A model generated the notes under the pieces. The model made no database searches. It worked only from the letters and a program-made list of their open reading frames with translations, and had not been told where the DNA came from. Shown one piece after another: positions 56,585 to 64,000 of a stretch of DNA of 64,000 nucleotides. The DNA is from the human T2T-CHM13v2.0 reference genome, Homo sapiens, in the NCBI RefSeq assembly GCF_009914755.1, contig NC_060946.1. The stretch is one strand, 5' to 3'. Every line of letters starts with the position of its first letter. Position 1 is the first letter of the stretch. The position numbers were made by a program, and so were the translations under genes.

Positions 56585-56981
56585 TGATATAGTTTGTATA
56601 CTTGTCCCTGCTCAAATCTCATGTTGAATTGTAAATCCCCAATGCTGGAGATGGGAACTGGTGGGAGGTGTTGGGGTCATGGTGCAGATTCCTCATGGCT
56701 TGATGCTGTCTTTGTGATAATGAGTGAGTTCTCACAAGACCTGGTCACTTAAAAGTGTGTAGCATCTCCCCCTCATTCTCTCTCTTGCTCTGGCCATGTG
56801 ACATGCTTACTCTCCCTTCACCTTCTGCCATTATTGTAAGCTTCCTGAGGCTTCCTCCACTGAGCAGATGCCAGCACCATGCTTCCTGCACAGCCTGTGG
56901 AACTGTGAGCCAATTAAGCCTCTTTATAAATTACACAGTCTCAGTCATTTCTTTATAGCAATGCAAGAACAGCCTAACCCA
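56585..56981 (+). mobile_element. MSTA-like MaLR solo LTR
   Basis: TGATATAGTTTG..CTTTATAGCAATGCAAGAACAGCCTAA; TSD AGTAT/AGAAT. Confidence 0.9.
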
Positions 56982-57199
56982 AGAATCAGTTCAGAACCAC
57001 ATTCTTGTTGACTCCACAGTGCCATATTGGTCTGTCATTCTTGTCCACTTTGGGCTTTAAAACTCCCCCCTTATCAGCAATGATAGAAAGAAGAGACTTA
57101 GGTGTATAGGGTAGTCTTCTTTTAGCCCCTTCTCTTGTGCCCCATTTCCCTATGATCCTCCAAGCCCAGAACAATTCATCAATTTTGTTTGCATATCCA

Positions 57200-57720
57200 A
57201 CTTGAGACACTGTCATTTCATTAACTCAAGTGAGGGGCTCTTCATACAAGGTTGAGCTTCAATAATTCTCTTTAAAGTTCCAGAGAAATGTATGCTTAAT
57301 TATATTTGCATATGAAAAATAGGGTCTAATTAGTTTGATTGATTATTATTTTAACCCTAATGGCATTTTGAGTATCTGTCCCAACTAATAGCAACTGTAT
57401 CGCTAATAAATCATTGAATTTTTACGACATGGTCTATTGAGCTGGCTTATGAAATATATTTTATTAATATCCCAGAATGTATTGAAACTGATACAAGTCA
57501 AACAACTGCTCATTTATTAAACTGTTTAAATGTCAGTTTTATACAAGAGTATTAATACAGGAAATATGTTCATTCAGGAGACATCAGTAGGCCACGGATA
57601 CTCAAAATATTAGTTATCTTGGAAAAATATATTGTGGAAATAAAAATCCAATTATATCATTTACTGCATTAAATAAATCTATATTGACTAACATAGATGT
57701 TGCACGTTAGCAGATGCACT
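57200..57720. promoter_or_regulatory. Candidate enhancer, AT-rich with POU/PBX/HOX motifs
   Basis: ATTTGCAT 57304, TGATTGAT 57336, ATAAATCA 57406, TTTTACGA 57420. Confidence 0.45.
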
Positions 57721-57969
57721 TTCTTGGAAACTTTTTAATTCTCTGGGATTGAGCTCAAGGCTACAGTGGAAATACAAAGCTTGAGTTTCCAGGGCAGTCT
57801 TCAGCGGGCAGGGGAGTCCTCAGAAACCTGGTGCTCCATTTTCCTCATTGAGGCTGAGGCTGTCCTCCTCACCAGAGGTCTTCAGGATGTTCGTTCTTAA
57901 GATTTTCTCTTCTGGGACGTATCCAACATCTGGAGTTCAGGTCACAGCTGTTCCAGGAGCATGAGTGCC

Positions 57970-58750
57970 ATCCTTCATTTGTTCGCCAGATGACTACACA
58001 GCACGGGCTCATGCTGCATGTCCAGTGTTGCGCCTCGAGGACACTGCGGTGCACCAGACAGGCAGGAACCCTGCTCTCATGGAGGTGATATGCTAGTGGT
58101 GGGGACAATGGGTAAAAGACTGGTGAGGCCATTTCTAATGGGAATCCGCACTATGAAGGGAATCAAGCAAGCTTTGGGGGTGGAGAATGCCATGGACAGG
58201 TATCCTTTAGATGGGAAAGGCAGGAAGGATGGCAATAAGGAGACAGCCAGGTAAGAGGGCTACGGGCACTGACTTCTAGGCAGAGGGAACAACATGTGCA
58301 AAGGCTCTCAGGTTAAAGCAAGTTTGGCTTGTTCACAGACAAGAGTGAAAGCTAGTGGGGCAGGAGGTGTGTGACGGGTGAGGGAGGTGGGCACTAGATC
58401 ATGAAGGGCTTTGCAGACCAAGAAAGAAGGTTGGGTTTAATTTTAGATGAGATAGGAAGCCACTGGAGAGTTGGACTCAGGAGAGGACGATGGTCCAATT
58501 TCTATTTTGCCAAGGTCACTGGGGTGCTGGGAGGAGAATGCATTGAAGGGTCTGGGTTGGCCATGGAGAAACAGGGAGGAGGCAGGTGCAGTCATTAAAG
58601 GTGCAAAAAAGTGGAGGAAGAGAAGTCTATGCTTCAGGATGTTGTGGAGGTCAAGTTGACATGATATGCTGATAGACTGAATGTTGGGAGACAGAGAGAA
58701 AGCAGCCATGGATGCTCCCAGTCTTTGGTCTGAGCATCTGGGTGGGGTGT
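57970..58750 (-). mobile_element. L2 fragment
   Basis: GGCAGAGGGAACAACATGTGCAAAGGC..GGAAGCCACTGGAGAG..TTTGGTCTGAGCA. Confidence 0.8.
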
Positions 58751-59619
58751 AGGAGGTTTCAGTCAGAAAAAAGCTGGAGGAAATGGTCCAGAGTTTGAGC
58801 ACTGCCATCTTGCTGTGCAGCCTTGGATGGTTCTTATAACCTCTCTGATCCTTGGCTTTTTCACCTATAGTGGGCTGTAATAATGAAGCTATCTTCACAG
58901 GATGTGCTGAGCATGAAATGAGAGTCTCATGTGAGGTGCTTACCACAGTGCCTGGCACACGTAAGTCCTAAATACACATTAGCTATAATATTAATACAAA
59001 TACTATGGATATCCAATGGTGACCTTGGAGATGACCCAGAGGAGTGACAAGAACATAAACTTGGGAATCAAACAGATCTGGGTTTAAATCCCATTTCTTG
59101 GCTGTGGGAACCTGGGCAGGTGTTCTCCTTCTCCGAGCTTGCATCATCTGTAAAATGGGAGGACCGAAGTTATGACACCCACAGGTAGTGTTGGTTTTTG
59201 AATTCGAATAGAATATGCATCAAGTTTCAGGCTCAGCGCCTGGCTCACCTCAGGTACTGGGAATTATTAGAATTATCACCCAGTTCCCATTCACTTACCC
59301 AAATCCCAGGCAATTGCAATTCCTACAGAGCCAGCATGAGCTGCCAGGGGCCTCCCAAGTGGGTGGCCGTGGAGGGGGTTGTGAGCCTGGGATCTCCTCC
59401 TGGGGCCCTGCTAACTCGCTGTGTGACCTTGGGTGAGCCCCTTACCCTCTCTGGCACCTGTTGCCTCTTGTGTGTAATAAGGAGGTTGGTCTGGTTAATC
59501 TCTAAGGTCTTTTTCAGAGCCTTAAAAAAATCAATGATTGTAAAAGTCTATGATTAGTGAGAAACCATCTGCCTCAGGCAAAGACCAGACCCTCCCCAAA
59601 CTTTTGGCGGGGGGAGTGG

Positions 59620-60110
59620 GGGCTGGAATAAAACAATAAGCAGACGGCTTAGCAAATTGCCATCTTATAGGCCTTAAAAATGCATATCTGCTTTTGTATC
59701 AGCCTTGATTGAAATTCTTATGCTATGGCGGCTGTCCCCGCCATCAATGCCTTAATTAGAAATTAGGACAGTCACATTGGCATAAATTAAATCAGACTAA
59801 AGATGATTAACAAAGTAATGCAAGAAATCATTAAATTAAACCATTGTGCCAAGTCCTCTGCTGATCTATCACAAATTTGGGCTGCTAATGAGGTCTTAAT
59901 TAGTAAGTTAGGTCGAAATAATTCATGTCATTCACTTCAAAGACAGCCCTCTTTCTTTCTTTTTTTTCCCTCTTTTTGAATCCAGCCCCCAATGCAAATT
60001 TATCATGGGGTGGGTGGACACTGTCAATAAATAGCAGCATTCCTTGGATTATCAAAACCTGCTTGGCATTGAATGTATTTGTTGGGAGGTCCATGCTGAT
60101 GTCAGTTTAA
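59620..60110. promoter_or_regulatory. Candidate conserved developmental enhancer
   Basis: Repeat-free; TTAATTAG twice, CATAAATTAAATCA, CATTGT, ATGCAAAT, inverted ATGGCGG pair. Confidence 0.55.
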
Positions 60111-61297
60111 GCTGAAGGGGAAGAAAGAGCTTGTTATCCTAAGGTGACAGAACTGTGGAAAGAGAGGAAACAGGTCTGAAGTTCATACTCTCAGGATACA
60201 GATGGGAAAACTGAGGGCCTCCGAAAGGAAGTGTCAGAGACTGAGTTTAGGGCAGAGTTGGGGCCCGGGTATCCCAAGTAAGAATCCATTCTTCTTTCTA
60301 ATTTTTATATTTTCCCTTTGTTCAGAAAAAGCAAAGTATTTAGTGAAGTAGATATCATGTTTTCCATATCAATGAAGAGGAAGCTGAGCTCAGAGAGGTG
60401 AATTGACTTGCCCAAGGTCACACAGCCAGGAAGAGCCAGAGCTGGAATCAGACTCTGATTCCTGAGTCTGAATGCTTAACTGCTGTGCTTTCTTGCCTCA
60501 ACAAATAACCACCGAATGGCTGGGTGGTGGGATGGGTGGACCCATGGGCATATGCTAGGAAATCGTTGGAAAACAGACTGTGGAAGGGCAAGCCAGCCCC
60601 AGATATGAACATGCTGACTTAGGATGATTGTAGAGCAGGATGTGGCTCTTGGAAGACTCATGACTTTGGAGTCAGGCAGACCTGGAGTCAGGCACCTGGT
60701 TCTGCAAACTCCTAGCCATGTGGTCTTAAGCCAATTGCTTAAGACCCTCTCTGAGCCTCAGTTTTTCTCACCTGTAGTATGGGTGCAATTAATCTCTTCT
60801 TGTGAGGAATTTGTGAGTGTTCAATGAGATCATGTGAGAAATGTGCCATGTATTACAGTTGGTGTTTAATAAATGTTACCTTCCCTCAGCTTCTCAGTGG
60901 TCCTCTGGTGATTCAGCTAGTTTTTGCTGTTTAACAAACCACATGAGACTCCTCCATGGCTTAAACCAAGAACAACTTCTTTCACTTGGGAATCTGTGGT
61001 CTGGCAAGTTGAGCTGGGCTCAGCTGGGAGGTTCTTCTGCTGGTCCTGGCTGGGTTCACACAAGAGGTGGCCATCAGCTGCTGGTCAGCGTGTGTGGTTC
61101 CACCCTTGGGGTTGGCTGGCTGTTGGCTGTGGTTGCAGAAGTGAATAAGCCGCATGTCTCCCATTATCCAGTAGGCTAGCATGGGCTTGCACTCTTTGTG
61201 ATGGAAGGGTTCCAGGCCCGGCAAAAGAGGGCAAGTTCCTTGGCAAAGCTCCTCTTGAGCTTCTTCCTCTGTCACATTGGCTGAAGTCTCATGGATT

Positions 61298-61788
61298 GTC
61301 ATAGCCTGAATAATGCACTCCCATCCCCTACTCTGTAGATGTCCATGTCCTAATCCTTGGAACCTGTAAATATGTCACCTTTTATGGCAAAAGAGACTTT
61401 GAAGATGTGTTTAAGAATCTTAAAATGGGGAGACTATCTTGAATTATGGTGGGCCCATTGATATTATAACAAGTGTCTTTATAAGAAGCAGGCAGAGGGA
61501 TACTACAGAAGAGGAGAAGGTGATATGATGATGGAAGCAGAGACTAGAACCATGGGCTTTGAAGATGAAAAAAGAGGCCACAAGCCAAGGAATACAGGCA
61601 GCTCCTACAAGCTGAAAAAGGCAAGGAAACAGATTCTACCCCAGAACCTCCAGAAGGAGAAGTCTGATGACACCTTGACTCTAGCCCTTAGACTCATTTT
61701 GAACTTCTGAGCTTCGGAAATAAGAACACATTTGTGTTGTTTTCAGCCACTAAGTTTGTAGCCATTTGTTACAGCAGCCATGGGAAAC
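61298..61788 (+). mobile_element. MLT1D-like LTR
   Basis: GATGTCCATGTCCTAATCCTTGGAACCTGTAAATATGT..GCCACAAGCCAAGGAAT..TTGTTACAGCAGC. Confidence 0.88.
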
Positions 61789-61865
61789 ATTGGCCAAAGC
61801 AAGTCACTGGCCAAGCCCACATTCAAGGGGCAAGGAAACAAGACTCCACCCTTCCTGTAAAAAAT

Positions 61866-62301
61866 CTTTTAGCTTTTATTTTAGATACAGGGAGCACATG
61901 TGCAAGTTTGTTCCATAGGTATATTGCACCCAGGGAGCGAGCATGGTACCCAATAGGTAGTTTTTCAGTTCTTTCCCCTTCACTCCCTCCCCTCAGTAGT
62001 CCCTAGTGTTTATTGTTGTCATCTTTAGTCCATGAGTACTTGATGTTTAGCTTAGAATAACGGCCTCCAGCTGCATCCATGTTGCTGCAAAGGACATGAT
62101 TTCATTCTCTTTATGGCTGCGTAGTATTCCTGGTGTATATGTGCCACATTTTCTTTATCCATTCCACTGTCGACAGGCAGTTGGGTTGATTTGATGCCTT
62201 GCTATTATGAACAGCATGGTAATGAGCATACAAATGCATGTGTCTTTTCAGTATGATGATCTATTTTCCTTTGGGTAGACACCCAATAATGGGAGTGCTG
62301 A
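61866..62301 (-). mobile_element. Old L1PA (PA13-16-like) 3' end
   Basis: CATGTGCAAGTTTGTT..GCCTCCAGCTGCATCCATGTTGCTGCAAAGGACATGAT. Confidence 0.88.
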
Positions 62302-62519
62302 GAACCTACCTTTTGAGGAAAGGAGTCACCAAGTCACATTGCAAAGAGGAGTGCATATAGGTTGGAAAGAATTTTTGGTCATATTTTGTAGTCTATCACA
62401 TCTGAGACACTTCACCCCAGTAATTTTAAAAATAATAGTAATAATAATAATGATAATAATATATGCATATTTAGTGAGCACCTACTAGGAGCCAGGCAGT
62501 GCTAAACACATAGCACACC

Positions 62520-63200
62520 TTATTTATTTATTTATTGTTGTGGTAAAATATATGCAAGACAAAATGTACCATTTTAACCATTTTTAGGCATACAGTTCAA
62601 CGGCATTAGGGGCATTCACAATGTCATGCAAACATCACCACTATCCATTTCCAGAATATTGAATCATCGCAGACAGAAACTCTGTCCCTTTTAAAATGAT
62701 AAGTCCATAGCCTCTGGTACCCTCTACTCCAGGGGTCCCCAACCCCCAGGCCAAGGATGGCTACTGGTTGGTGGCCTGTGAGGAACTGGATTGCACAGCA
62801 GGAGGGGAGCGGCAGGTGAGTGAGCATTACTGCCTGAACTTTGCCTCCTGTTAGATCAGTGGTGGCATTAGATTCTCATAGAAGCACCAGCCCTATTGTG
62901 AACTGCGCATGTGAGGGAACTAGGCTGTGCATTCCTTATGAGAATCTAATGCCTGATGATCTGAGGTGCAACAGTTTCATCCTGAAAGCTTTCTGCCCCA
63001 CCCCCCACCCCCCACCAGTCACTGGTGCCAAAAAGGTTGGGGATCATTGCCCTATTCCACTTTCTGTCTCTGTGAATTTGCCTATCCTAGGTACCTCCTA
63101 TAGGTAGAGTCATCAATATCTGTGCTTTGGTGTCCAGCATCTTCCCCTTAGCACTATGTCTTCAACATTTATTCATCTTGTAGTAGGTTTCAGAGTTTAA
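62520..63200 (-). mobile_element. L1MB-type 3' end interrupted by MER1B
   Basis: TTGTGGTAAAATATA..ACCATTTTAACCATTTTT..CTTTCTGTCTCTGTGAATTTGCCTAT. Confidence 0.85.
62730..63049 (+). mobile_element. MER1B hAT MITE
   Basis: CAGGGGTCCCCAACCCC..GGCATTAGATTCTCATAG..AAAAAGGTTGGGGA; degenerate 8-bp TSD CTCTACTC/CCCTATTC. Confidence 0.93.
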
Positions 63201-64000
63201 TCCTCACAGCAATCCCCCAAGGCAACAGAGGCTCAGAGAAGTACCAAGGTTGACTGGTCCAGGGCCACACAGCTGGTAAGAGGGGTGGGGTGGCCTGAAC
63301 TCCGATCTCCTGGACTCTGAGGAGTGGGAGTGTGCTGGTCACTTTTCACTTCTCCATCCTGCTGCCCAGGGCACGTGCTGGGCCTCCCTGGTCTCACTAC
63401 CCATAGCCAAACCACGGCTCGATAAGGCAACCCCCCCACAACAAAGCCATCCATTTATTTCCCACTCTGGGCTCCCCCCCCAGCCAGGGCCAAAACAATC
63501 ACTTTTTCATCGATTCTGCTTCAATTAATTAAAAAATCCATCCAACTACTCCACAGCTTGATAGACTTTGAGGATTCAGACGGAAATAAATAAATTAGTC
63601 CTGGAACAATGAGGGTGGAAGAGAAATGGCTGGGGATAGGGGGAGTGGGAGATGGGGGTGCTCAGATCCTGGGTCCAGCTCTGTGCTGCTATTCGCAGAA
63701 CTTATAGGAGGACTGGGGGCCCCCATAGACTTTCCGTCAGGGAGCAGGGGCCCCAGACTTGGTGGTTGTATTATTAGTAGTATTTTAAATAATAGCTGTT
63801 TTTACTGGGCATTACTTGGTGATGGGCTTTTATGCAAATTTTCTCATCAATCCCTCATGGCAGCTCTCTGAGTCAGATGAGGAAACAAGCTCAGAGGAGC
63901 TGGGTTACTTGTCAGAGCCTACGCAGCTAGAATGCATCAGGGGAAAATTCTGTTTCTTAGTCCTTCATGCCCCTCTTTTGGGGTGCGTTTTTTCATTTGT

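Larger units (their letters stand above)
60907..62400 (-). mobile_element. MLT1 (H-like) LTR split by MLT1D and an L1PA
   Basis: Segments at ~60907-61297, ~61788-61855 and ~62305-62400 read as one colinear MLT1. Confidence 0.7.

Overview
This is primate, almost certainly human, non-coding genomic DNA: it carries AluJ/S/Y, L1PA, LTR12F, MST and MADE1 elements. I find no credible protein-coding exon, RNA gene or CRISPR-like array. Every supplied ORF is short and either repeat-derived or unsupported. Much of the window is interspersed repeat: roughly 50-60 MIR fragments by eye, 14 Alu-family copies, and L1, L2, MaLR/ERV LTRs and hAT/mariner MITEs, often nested and with readable target-site duplications (TSDs). 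Between the repeats lie repeat-free blocks dense in homeodomain, POU, SOX, PBX-HOX and FOX motifs. Near the left end is a small CpG island with a CTCF core plus upstream motif. The best overall reading is inference: a gene-desert or large-intron cis-regulatory landscape of a developmental gene lying outside the window. Directly visible oddities include an old ~140-bp templated copy pasted into an L1, a twin-primed inverted L1, a micro fold-back triplication, a MADE1 hairpin with miR-548-type arms, and a CpG-rich palindromic CTCF-like site inside a MIR. I see no evidence of a new gene-encoded system. Repeat subfamily names come from recalled consensus sequences, and boundaries without a TSD are approximate.
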